Below, piece by piece: positions 21,001 through 30,760 of a DNA stretch of 64,000 nt; position 1 is the first letter of the stretch, and each line of letters begins with the position of its first letter. Location: NCBI RefSeq assembly GCF_048593235.1, contig NC_133620.1:464099261-464163260 (forward strand). The letters run 5' to 3'. Source of the stretch: Sminthopsis crassicaudata. Its lineage: Eukaryota. The position numbers and the translations under genes were made by a program. The notes beneath the pieces were generated by a model, which was not told the origin of the DNA, searched no databases, and worked only from the letters and a program-made list of their open reading frames with translations.

Positions 21001-22979
21001 TCAATCAGTCAAAAAACATTTATTGGGTTTCACTCTGTGCCAGACATCAGGCTGAGCACCAAAGACCCCCAAATGTGGCACAGGGGAAAGAGCACTGGGG
21101 TTGAAGGCGGAATACTTCAGAAGTTTCTTCCTACTATAAATCTATGAGTCTAAGACACAGTTTAAGATACAATGTAGTGAAGGGGGAAAAACAAAAACAA
21201 AAACAAAAAAACAAAAAACAAAACAAAAAGATACCATGTAGTAGGCAAGGCACCTAACTTGGAGACAGGAAGATGGGTTCAAATCCCCCCATACTTACCT
21301 ATTCTGTGACCCTGATCTCAACTTTTCTTTCCCCAAAAAATTGGGAGAATTATAGCCAAAATTCATGGAACTGCACCCCCAAAATGGGAGAATTGTACTC
21401 CAAAGGGGAAGAATTGTACCTAAAATGTGGGGAATGGTACCCCCAAAATGGAGAATTATACCCCAAGTGGAGAGAAATATACCCCAAATGTGGGGAACAG
21501 TACACTAAATGGGGTAAATTATACCCAAATTTTTGGGAGTTACCCCCAAAATGGGGGGATTGTACCCCAAATGGGGAGAATTAGAGAGGGTTGAGATGTG
21601 GGTGACATAGGATGATTGTAAGAGGGCTTTGTAAACCTTAAAGCACGACATAAATGTAAGCTGTGTCTTTCATTTGCTATGGGACTTCACACAAGACACT
21701 TTACTTCTCCAGACTCTAGCTTCCTCCTCTATTAAAAAAAAAAAAAAAGGGGGGGGGGGGACTGAACTAAATGACCTCTGAGGTCAGGAATTGGCCAATC
21801 CCACATTCCCAGAGTTCATCTTGTTTCACATGTGCACCCACTATAGTTGGGAGAAAGGAGCACTCTTTCTAGAAGTGCCAGCCCCGACAGATATCTAAGA
21901 GGGGGATGGGCAGAGGGTGGAGCCCCAGCCCCGAGCAGGCACATCTCCCAACACAATCTGTCTCCAGTAAGAGTCCTGTCCCTAAGTCACAGGCAGGATG
22001 GCAACCAAAGAGCATTCAAGCTGAGAGAGACAGACCTCAGAGATGGAACCCAGTGTCCTCCACTCACAGAAGACTAGAAAAAGGTCATGTGGCTAGCAGA
22101 GTTTGACTCATTAAGCACTACAAACAGGACACTGCATTTTCTAAGGCTTTTCAAAATACCTGATCTGGACAGTACAACCCCAAAGCAACGAGAACCTAAA
22201 CAACAAAGCAAATACATGGGAAGAGGAAACTGATAAAGGGTGTCCAACTGGATGCAGGGAAACTGCCTGGGCAGGAGTCAAAGGTCAGAGGGAGCAATGC
22301 CCAACTTCCCATAGGACCTCTGACATTACATGTCCTTCCCTTTGTCCATGGGACAATGGAGTAGCTTTGAGAGATTTTATAGTTTGCTAGAGATGGTGAG
22401 TCCAGTTCGGTGGGCCTCTGAATTAAAACTTGCACCACAGAATTGTTTGTTTGGGGATTTTGTTTGTCTGTTTTATTGGTGCCCTTTGTATTTTTACTAG
22501 AGTCATTTCCAGATATACTCTTTCCCAACTCAGCTCCCGAGGTGAGCCTTCCCTTGTAACAAAAATAAAATAAAAATCACCTTAGGTAGAAACTACAGGG
22601 TACCACATTACACACCTAGACCCCCCCACCTCTGCCTCTATCTTTACAGTTGCAAGGAGCCTAGGAAAAATTCTAGTCAACCTCCTTCATCTTGCAGATG
22701 AAGAAACTGAGCACCAGACAGATCAAGTTACCTGCCCAAAAGACTGGATCTGAACAGAAATCTTTTGACTCCAAATCCCAGAGTAGGAAGGGATGTCTCT
22801 GATCACAGAGATCTTTTGGATTAGGAAGATACCTGCTTGGTCTTATTTATGCTGAAGGACACTCCTCTCTACTTTCTATAAAATTTCAACCATTCAGAGC
22901 TGAAGTATATGTACATTCACTCAGGGCCCACATTCACCCAACTTTTGCTGTCCTCATATATGAGGAAGCAACATGGTAG

Positions 22980-23013
<34 letters not shown>

Positions 23014-24584
23014 AGAGGACCTGGGTTCAAATTCCACCTTGATGTTCTCTTCCTGCATGGTATTGATCAAATCACTTCTTACCTTCCTCTAGCCTCAATT
23101 TCCTCATTTGTCAAATAAAGGAGTTGGACTCTAGAAGTCCCTTCTAGAATGTACATATATACCTGTCTTCTTTCAATCCCTAATAACAACCTTGCTTCCC
23201 TGAGGTTTACAATGATTTTTCTCCTAGTAACCCTGTGCTACAAAGAGCCCAAGTATTATTATTTCCCTGCTACAGGTGAAGAAATGGAAAGTTTAAGTGA
23301 CTGGCCCATGACTACATTGTTAGTAGGTATCAAGCCTTGATACAATGTATCTCTTCTGTGCATTCTCTCCTGTAATATACATACCCCCTCCTGCTGTTCT
23401 GAAGAGCCCAAGTACAGGAGAAGAAATGGAAAGTTTAAGTGACTGGCCCATGACTACATTGTTAGTAGGTTTCAAGCCTTGATACAATGTATCTCTTCTG
23501 TGCATTCTCTCCTGTAATATACATACCCCCTCCTGCTGTTCTGAAGAGCCCAAGTACAGGAGAAGAAATGGAAAGTTTAAGTGACTGGCCCATGACTACA
23601 TTGTTAGTAGGTTTCAAGCCTTGATACAATGTATCTCTTCTGTGCTTTCTGTCCTGTAATATACATACCCCCTCCTTTCTGTTCTCAAATGCCTTTCTGT
23701 GGCCTATTAGGATAGAATGCTTTAACTCAATGCCTTTTCCTTCTCTTGCCCACAGAATACCTACATACATAGCCTTCTCCTTTAGCCCATAAAAATGCAC
23801 ACCTTCTTCCCCTCTATGCCCTGTAGAATACATCAGTCCTGAACATTACTCTAAAAAACATGTGAGGTAATGTATATATTCCTTCTGCCCCCCACAGACC
23901 ATATAACCCTTCTTCTATCCTCTTTAGAATGAACGTACATGCATTCCTCCAGCTTTCCCCCTAAAATATGTCCCTTTCTGTCTTCTACAGAATAGACAGC
24001 CTCATATCATTGTCTTTTATAGGCTATATAGCCTCCCCTTCTATCCCAATAGAATGCACCCATCTTCTCCTTCTAACTTCCATAGACAACTTATGTCTTT
24101 CCCCTCAGGATGCAAAACAATCCTGCCCTTTACCCTCTGTAAAATGCACACAGATCTCCCTTCCCTCCTGCCTTCTATTCCTTCCCTAGATTCTACACAT
24201 CCTCCTTCTGTCTCTGGTCACATACCTTCCTTTCTGGCCCCTATGGACCATATTCTCTCTGAACCTAGGAAAGACATAAGCCTTGGGTCCCTCAGAGAAA
24301 GCACACCCCTCTTCCTCTGGGAGCCCCCTCAATACACTTTCCCCCCAGTTCTGCAAGGATGTGCCCTCCCTTTGCCCCCTGCAGAATGCACACCCACTCC
24401 TCTCTTATTCCTTGCAGATTGGACCCTCTCCTCCTTTAGCCTCCTATAGAACACACACCTTCCCTTCTGTCCTCTATAAGACAGATTCTCCCCACCTGTC
24501 CCCTTCAGAATGCACACCCACCTACCCACCCCTCCCCTTTTGTCCCCCGTGAATGTACACACCGCCTCCTCTTTGGGCCCCTAT

Positions 24585-24633
<49 letters not shown>

Positions 24634-25316
24634 ACACACACACAAACACACAAAACACACACACGCCCCTTCCCCTCTGTCCTCTATAGGGCAAGCCCAC
24701 CCCTCCGCGCGCTGGCCGTGTAGAGCCCCGGCCCCTCCCCCTCTGTCACCTACAGAATGCCCCCACCCGCCCCCTCCCGTCCGGTCCCCACAGACTCCTG
24801 GGGCCTTCCCGGTCGGCCCCCTCCCGCCCCCCCGCCGAGTGCCCAGCCGCCCCTCCCCCGAGCCCGGGGAGGATGGATGCACACCTGTCCTCTCCCCCAC
24901 GGCCTGGGAGCCCCGACTAGGCGCGGCCACACCGCCCGCCGCCCCCCGGGGGTCCCCCCAGACCACAGCGCCTCCGTGCTCGGCGCCCCCTCCCCCAGTC
25001 CCGAGCTCCGGCCTGGTCCCGAGCCCCCAGCCCCAAGCCCCGGGGGGACCCCCCAGCAGGGGCAAGTCCCAGGGCGCCTCCCTCCCCGCCCCGGGCCCAG
25101 AGGCGGAGCAGGGCGGGGCGGGGCGGGGCCGGCCGCGTCTACACGGCCCGCCCCGTCTACACCGCTCCTACCTACCTTCCTGCTGAGCCTCACGATCCGG
25201 TCGAGCTTGGGCTCGTCCTGCAGCAGATCCCGGAGCTGGCCCGTGCTGAGGATCCCGAAGCGGCCCCCGGGGCTCCCGGGGTCCGGCCCCGCGCGCACCG
25301 CCCGGGCCCGGTACAT
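17612..25316 (-). CDS. VPS37D: ESCRT-I subunit VPS37D, 4 coding exons, 804 nt = 267 aa + stop
   Basis: Exons (minus strand): 25316-25176, 20616-20445, 19189-19107, 18019-17612; GT-AG introns with compatible phases. Protein MYRARAVRAGPDPGSPGGRFGILSTGQLRDLLQDEPKLDRIVRLSRK-FQGLQLEREACLASNY...-EQMEQLLLGEQSLEAFLPAFQRGRALAHLRRTQAEKLQELL (Mod(r) domain) with Pro-rich tail ending SEPPHR*, matching recalled human VPS37D. Confidence 0.97.
19107..19189 (-). CDS. VPS37D: VPS37D exon 3 (VNVQRWNPQCALNGLRAELEEAEQEAE)
   Basis: AG/GT boundaries, 83 nt. Confidence 0.95.
20445..20616 (-). CDS. VPS37D: VPS37D exon 2
   Basis: ttctttctag acceptor, gtaagt donor, 172 nt. Confidence 0.95.
20635..20712. repeat. 20-bp minisatellite with alternating variants (40-bp higher-order unit)
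   Basis: tccatctgtc-caaccgtcca / tccatctgtc-cagacagcca, ~4 units, followed by a looser (TCCA/TCTA)n tract. Confidence 0.85.
21331..21582. repeat. ~21-bp degenerate minisatellite (consensus ~GAATTGTACCCCAAAATGGGG, ~11-12 units) inside a CORE-SINE
   Basis: Direct reading of periodicity; MIR/Mar-type SINE text flanks both sides. Confidence 0.85.
23271..23685. repeat. Tandem triplication of a 142-bp unit containing a MIR-like fragment
   Basis: gaaatggaaagtttaagtgactggccc recurs at 23281, 23423 and 23565; copies nearly identical. Confidence 0.95.
24591..24663. repeat. Compound (CA)n microsatellite
   Basis: Direct reading. Confidence 0.95.
25176..25316 (-). CDS. VPS37D: VPS37D coding exon 1
   Basis: ATG at 25316, 47 codons, donor GTAGGT. 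Confidence 0.95.
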
Positions 25317-25406
25317 GCCGCCGCCACCGCCGCCGCCGCCCCCAGGCCCGGCCCCGGCTCCGGCTCCGGCTCCGGGATCGGCCGCGGGATCGGCCGCAGC
25401 CCAGGC

Positions 25407-25425
25407 TGGCCGCCAGAGGGCGCTG
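25407..25425 (+). promoter_or_regulatory. Strong CTCF motif TGGCCGCCAGAGGGCGCTG
   Basis: Near-perfect match to the established CTCF consensus TGGCCASCAGRKGGCRSTR. Confidence 0.65.
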
Positions 25426-28400
25426 CCGCCGCTCTTAAAGGAGCCGCCGCCCCGGCCGCCCCGACCCCGGGGGCCCAGAAGCCCCCACTCCTCGGCCCGA
25501 ATCGCGGAGGCCCAGTGATCCCCGGCAAGCGTCGCCTCTGCCAGGCGAGCGGCATCCAACCCTGATCCCGGTTCACAACTTCCTGCCTTAGTCACCAAAC
25601 CCCTGGCCTGAAGACTGAAAGGGAAACTGAGGAAGGAGCCCTTAGTCTGGTCGGCTGGGATAGACCCAGCGCTGGTCTGTTCGGGGAGGCACAGCTCTAA
25701 CGCTGGGGAAACTTCCGGCTAGTGGTTGAAACCCGACCCTGCACTCGGAGAGTCCCTGCACTCGGGCAGATTTGCGCCCCGGGATGGTCTGAGCTTCTGG
25801 ACAATCCCTTCTGCCTGAAGGGCAGGAATGGGGGTGGGGGGAGAGATCCGGCCCAGCGCCTTTCCCTGGGGAGCCCCTGCTCCTGCTCTGATGGAGGAAG
25901 AGTCTGCCTTCCAGAAGCCTTCGATCCAGGGAACTTGAGACAATCCCAATTAGTCAATAAGCATTTATCGAGCACCTCCTGTGTGCCAGACACTGTGCTA
26001 AGCGCGCTGCTCCAGGAATTCTGCGCTCAGAGAGAGTGGGGGAGAGGGGGGAAGGGAAAGATCTTGTCTCTCGGAAAGCCCAATCTGATGGGGAGAGAGA
26101 GAGAGCAGACTCTTGAGCCCAGGTAGGGGAATGTCCTGAAAGAAATACGAACTACCAAAATACCAAGTCAGAGACCAGGAAGGAAACAGGCATTTATTGA
26201 ACACCTGTTGTGTACCAGGCATTTTACAAATGTTTTATCTGATCTTCACGATTTTCCAGTTGAGGAAACTGAAACAAAGAGATTAAGTGACTTGCCCAGA
26301 ATCTCACTGTCTGTGGGTGCATGGTAGGTGATTTGAACTTAGGTCTCCCTGACTCCAGGCCTAGCACTTTATCCTCTGGGCTATCCAGCTGCCCAAAAGA
26401 TAAATCAAGGGCAAAAAACCATAGCTCATTTATTTCATATTAAACTTTAAAAAAAAAAGTACCTACTGTGAGCAGAACAAATTCTGGGCTTGGATCTCTG
26501 GGAGAACTACAAAGCTTCAATGGTCAAAAACGCCTCCCTAAAAACCTCCAACTTAACACCCCCTCCCCTTTCAGGAAGCCAGTCTGAAGAGGATTGTTTA
26601 GGAGAAGGAAGGCTCCCCTACTGCCCCCCCCCCCCCCCGGGTTCCTTACTCGACTCATCCACAGTATCCACACTAGTCTCACTCTCATCCCTAAATTTGG
26701 AAGTAATGGAAACACTTCCCTATCCCCAAAGGGCTGTACTTCCAGCTATCGTTCATCTCTGTGGCTGGCCAGTCTCTGTCATCTTCTGGAAAGAATATCC
26801 AATCCAGAACATAACTAGGGCTCTCAGGTGAAATTGATGAAGAGGAAGGAGCAGGAAATCCCCAGTTAGGGCAGGAAACAGTGGTGTGGGCTTTCCATGC
26901 CTTTTGTCTGTCCCCATGTCCCTCTCTGTCTTTCTTTCCTCCATGTCCTTGTCCTTATTCCACGTCTGACCATCCCTTCTTCCATGTCTCCAACCCCATC
27001 ACCCATACCTCCATGTCCTTCTTGTCCATCCCTTGGTGTCTCTGTTCCTTCCCCTGTCCCCCCCCCTCCCCACCACCCCCGTCAGGTTCTTATTGCTGTC
27101 TAAACTTTCATCTCTAGACAATCAGTCCACATTTACTCTGTATCAGACACTGGATTTGGCACCAGGGACCCAGAGTCTCCCTGCCTTCAAGCGGCTTATT
27201 TTTTCTGCCAGGTGAATACAATTCACAGTTAACCACATCCAGAAGAGAGACAAAATCAGGATTAGGAAAGGAGGTAGTTATGAACAGCTGGGAAAATTGG
27301 GGAGAGCATCTTGCTGGAGATGGTTTGAGTTAAGCCTTGAAGGAAGCTGGGGTTTTTAAGAAGCAGAATAAGGGGGGAGGGAGGTCACTACCAGCACTAA
27401 GCATTTTGTGCACAAGGACAGAGATGGGACATGAACCGTTGTGGCTAGTTTGCTGGGAACATAAGGGTGCTGAGGGAAATAACGCTGCTGATTGCCTTGG
27501 AAGGAGAGGCTGGAGCCCAATGGGGAATGGCTCTAAGAACCTAACAGAAGAATTATTATTTTATTTTAAGAACAAAGAGGAGCTGGTGAAGCTTCTTGAA
27601 TCTGTCTCTTTCCCACCCTACCCCCATGTCTCTATCCCTTCTTCCATGTTTTTTTTAAGTGTTTGGGGAGAACTTGGGCAAGTCCCTACCATCACCCCGC
27701 CATCTTGGCTCTGCCTCTTCTATGTTCTTTTTTCTCTCCCAAACCCTGTCCTTGCCTGACTAATTCTAGGCTGGAAGAATAATGATATTCCCTCAGGCTA
27801 AGTTTTTTCTTCCTTCCTTGAGATTTAAACTAAACCTCAGAGACTAAACTCTGCTTTGCCAGGTTCCCATCTAGCTTTTCTTTCATGGATCACTTCCTAT
27901 AGAATGGTCCCTATGATGTCTACTCCAAGCACAGGGAGAGTTTCCCCAGCAGAATGAGTGGATGAGACACAAAGGTGGCCGAGGAAGGAATACTTAGCAC
28001 CTGGTCAGATGTGGAAGATGCCAGTCCACTGCATCCTGCAGTATCCTGACTTTGTCTCACCCCTCGACTTCAGTGATTTTGGAAGAGAGAGTGAAGCTGA
28101 TGGCTTTGGCCAATTCTGTCTCATTTAAATCCGATTTCCAAGGAGTCAAGACCTCACCTGTAATGTCACTGGTCCTCTTTGAAATGGAAAATGAGCAACT
28201 GCTTGCACTCGTTTAGGTGGTAAGAATCTCAAGACCCTCTCGGTGTGCCCAACACAATGCTTTGAGCACAGAAAATGGTTAATATCTGCTTGTTGATTAA
28301 ATTCAATTGAATCATTTTCAGAAAGTGCTTCAGGATATTTCCGAGGTAACCTAAGGGAACCTCGGAGCTGGATGCCCTTTCACCCTAGGACCCTGCAGCT

Positions 28401-28672
28401 TCCTCTTCATGGGAAAAGGAGCCCCCTTGCCCAACTGCAAAATCCATGCCCCTTCAGGCTAAGCCAGTTCAGAGAAGAGCTCACTCTTCAGACTTCACAC
28501 CTGGCCCTTGGGCCTTTCTAATGTACTTGTCATGTAATTAAACATGTGTTAAAATTACATATATGTGTGTCTTATTTTCCCCTCTTAGACCTTAAGTCCA
28601 ATAAGAGTAGGACTGTGTCCCATTGAAGCTTTATAGTTCTCCCAGAGATCCCAAGCCTAGGATGTGTTCTAC

Positions 28673-29081
28673 NNNNNNNNNNNNNNNNNNNNNNNNNNNN
28701 NNNNNNNNNNNNNNNNNNNNNNNNNNNNNNNNNNNNNNNNNNNNNNNNNNNNNNNNNNNNNNNNNNNNNNNNNNNNNNNNNNNNNNNNNNNNNNNNNNNN
28801 NNNNNNNNNNNNNNNNNNNNNNNNNNNNNNNNNNNNNNNNNNNNNNNNNNNNNNNNNNNNNNNNNNNNNNNNNNNNNNNNNNNNNNNNNNNNNNNNNNNN
28901 NNNNNNNNNNNNNNNNNNNNNNNNNNNNNNNNNNNNNNNNNNNNNNNNNNNNNNNNNNNNNNNNNNNNNNNNNNNNNNNNNNNNNNNNNNNNNNNNNNNN
29001 NNNNNNNNNNNNNNNNNNNNNNNNNNNNNNNNNNNNNNNNNNNNNNNNNNNNNNNNNNNNNNNNNNNNNNNNNNNNNNNNN
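28673..29081. other. Assembly gap (N)
   Basis: Run of N. Confidence 1.
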
Positions 29082-30589
29082 AAAATAAGTGAGCTATGGT
29101 ATAGGAAGAAAAGAGCAGATCACAACAGAATGGTAGTTCTCTGGGGTTAGAAAATCTAGAATAAGTGTTTTCTCTCTGAATATGTTTCTTCACCTCTAGA
29201 ATTAAGCTAGATGACCTCAGCAGTCCCTTCTAGTTCCTGGTCTATGAATGGACTCTTGGAAAGCCTCACAAGACTGGCCCCAGTCTTGTCTCTTCAGTCA
29301 ACCTAGAAGACTCCCTGGCTCTATGAAAGTCCTGAATTCACCTGCAGAGTTGACCAACCCAAATGCCTGTATTAACTGGCCATTGGCCCAATGTTGTATC
29401 CCATTTAGGAGAGAGAAAAAGGGACAAAGCTCAGTTGGGATTTGGGCCAGTATGGCCAAGAACTGCATGCAAGAAAAGGTAGGAGAAGCTAGTTATGGAG
29501 CCAGTAATTTGCAAGATTATATGATTTCTCCTGAGCTCTCCATAGGTGTTCAGAAAGGAAGGTGTGAAGCCCCTGGATGTTAGGCAGCAGGATCCCCTCA
29601 GTATGCAGGATGAAGGGTCAGTCTTAAAAAGGATGATGGTAGCTCAGTATGAGGGATGGGAGTGAGGAACATGTTGGAAACAAGGGTTTACTGTTGGGTA
29701 AATGAGTTTGGGGTCAGATGAGAGGATGAGAGAAAGAGGAGGAAGAGCTGACTGAGGAAGGGCCTGTGCTGGGTGAAAGGTGGATGCTGTCAGGGATGGG
29801 GCTCAGTAATAAAATCATCACTCAATGAAACCCTACAGATTAGGGATTTAACTTTCCTCCCTTATTTGCAGAAGTGAAGGACTATGGGTGTGAACACTAC
29901 ACACTTTGGGCAAGTGAATTAGTCTCCCTAAGTAGACTTCAGTTCCCACCTATGTAAGGTGAAAGGTTATGACAAACTGGCCCCTAAGGGCTTTGGAGTT
30001 TTAAAGCTATGTTCCCATGATCCTTCATTCTGTCAGGTGTGAGTGATATGCTACTTGGTCTTGCTGAGCTGTTTTTCTTTTCTCTTTATTTTTTATTCTT
30101 TGGCATAAAGAATGCCCCTGCGTGTGGAGGGGGAAAGGAATATACTGCATAATGAATGTGACAGAAAAACAAAACCTATAAATGAAAATGTATTTAAAAG
30201 AATAGTGGCTTGGTGCTGGCACAAAGCAAGCTCTTAATAAATATTGGTTGGTTTACTAATTGATGAGAACCGTAGGATCATTTCTGGGGACAGAAGTCTC
30301 AGCTGATGGATGGATGGTTGGATGGATGATTATCGAGGATGGGAGCCCAAGATTAGGAATAAAGGCTCAGTGTGGTGATAGCACTTTAGTACTTTCAGGG
30401 GCATGGGTTCAGGGTAAAGGAGAATGGCCCTGTGTCCTGGCAGAGGGACTAGAACCTCAAGAACCCAGGCTATAAGCAATCTGAGAGATTGCTCCCTCCC
30501 ACTGGTTGGTAGGATACCCCAAATGGTTCCTTCCTCTTCCCTGGGCTCCACAGCTTAGGGGCTGGGCACCCAGAAACTCAGGCGGTGGA

Positions 30590-30760
30590 GTGAGGTGAAA
30601 GGTAAGCAGGCACGAGAAGAACCCAGGACTGCGATTGGCAGAAGCACCCAGCTCCTGCTCCCGGGCATGGCTACCCCACAGGCTGTTCGCCCGCTGATCG
30701 GCTGCCTCCCACGTGCTAAGGAGAGAAGGAGGCACCAGAGAGAGGGTCAAAGGACACCTT
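30590..30760 (+). promoter_or_regulatory. MLXIPL: Candidate MLXIPL alternative (ChREBP-beta, exon 1b) promoter
   Basis: Seen: DR1 AGGTGA-A-AGGTAA (30593-30605), ChoRE-like CACGAG-aagaa-CCCAGG (30611-30627), inverted CCAAT (30634-30638), E-box CACGTG (30710-30715), DR1 GGGTCA-A-AGGACA (30744-30756), local CpG retention. Knowledge: eutherian ChREBP-beta has an upstream promoter between VPS37D and MLXIPL exon 1a with an E-box/ChoRE and an HNF4A DR1 site. Orthology is inferred. Confidence 0.65.

Larger units (their letters stand above)
24700..25570. promoter_or_regulatory. CpG island / promoter of VPS37D
   Basis: Very high GC/CpG around exon 1; TATA-like CTTTAAGAG on - at ~25432-25440. Confidence 0.85.

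Noticed and set aside
21331-23685. Regularly spaced repeats as a possible CRISPR-like array
   Set aside because: Eukaryotic context, no unique spacers between identical repeats and no cas genes; these are minisatellites.
23320-23833. ORFs with duplicated peptide blocks (…RRDTLYQGLKPTNNVVMGQSLKLSISSP…)
   Set aside because: Simply the translation of the 142-bp tandem repeat; intronic, no coding signature.
24757-25518. 253-aa antisense ORF over VPS37D exon 1
   Set aside because: Pro/Gly/Ala-rich low-complexity product of a CpG island where stop codons are depleted; no domain.
28623-29193. ORFs spanning poly-X (also 56373-56909 and 57406-57726)
   Set aside because: Artefacts of N gaps.
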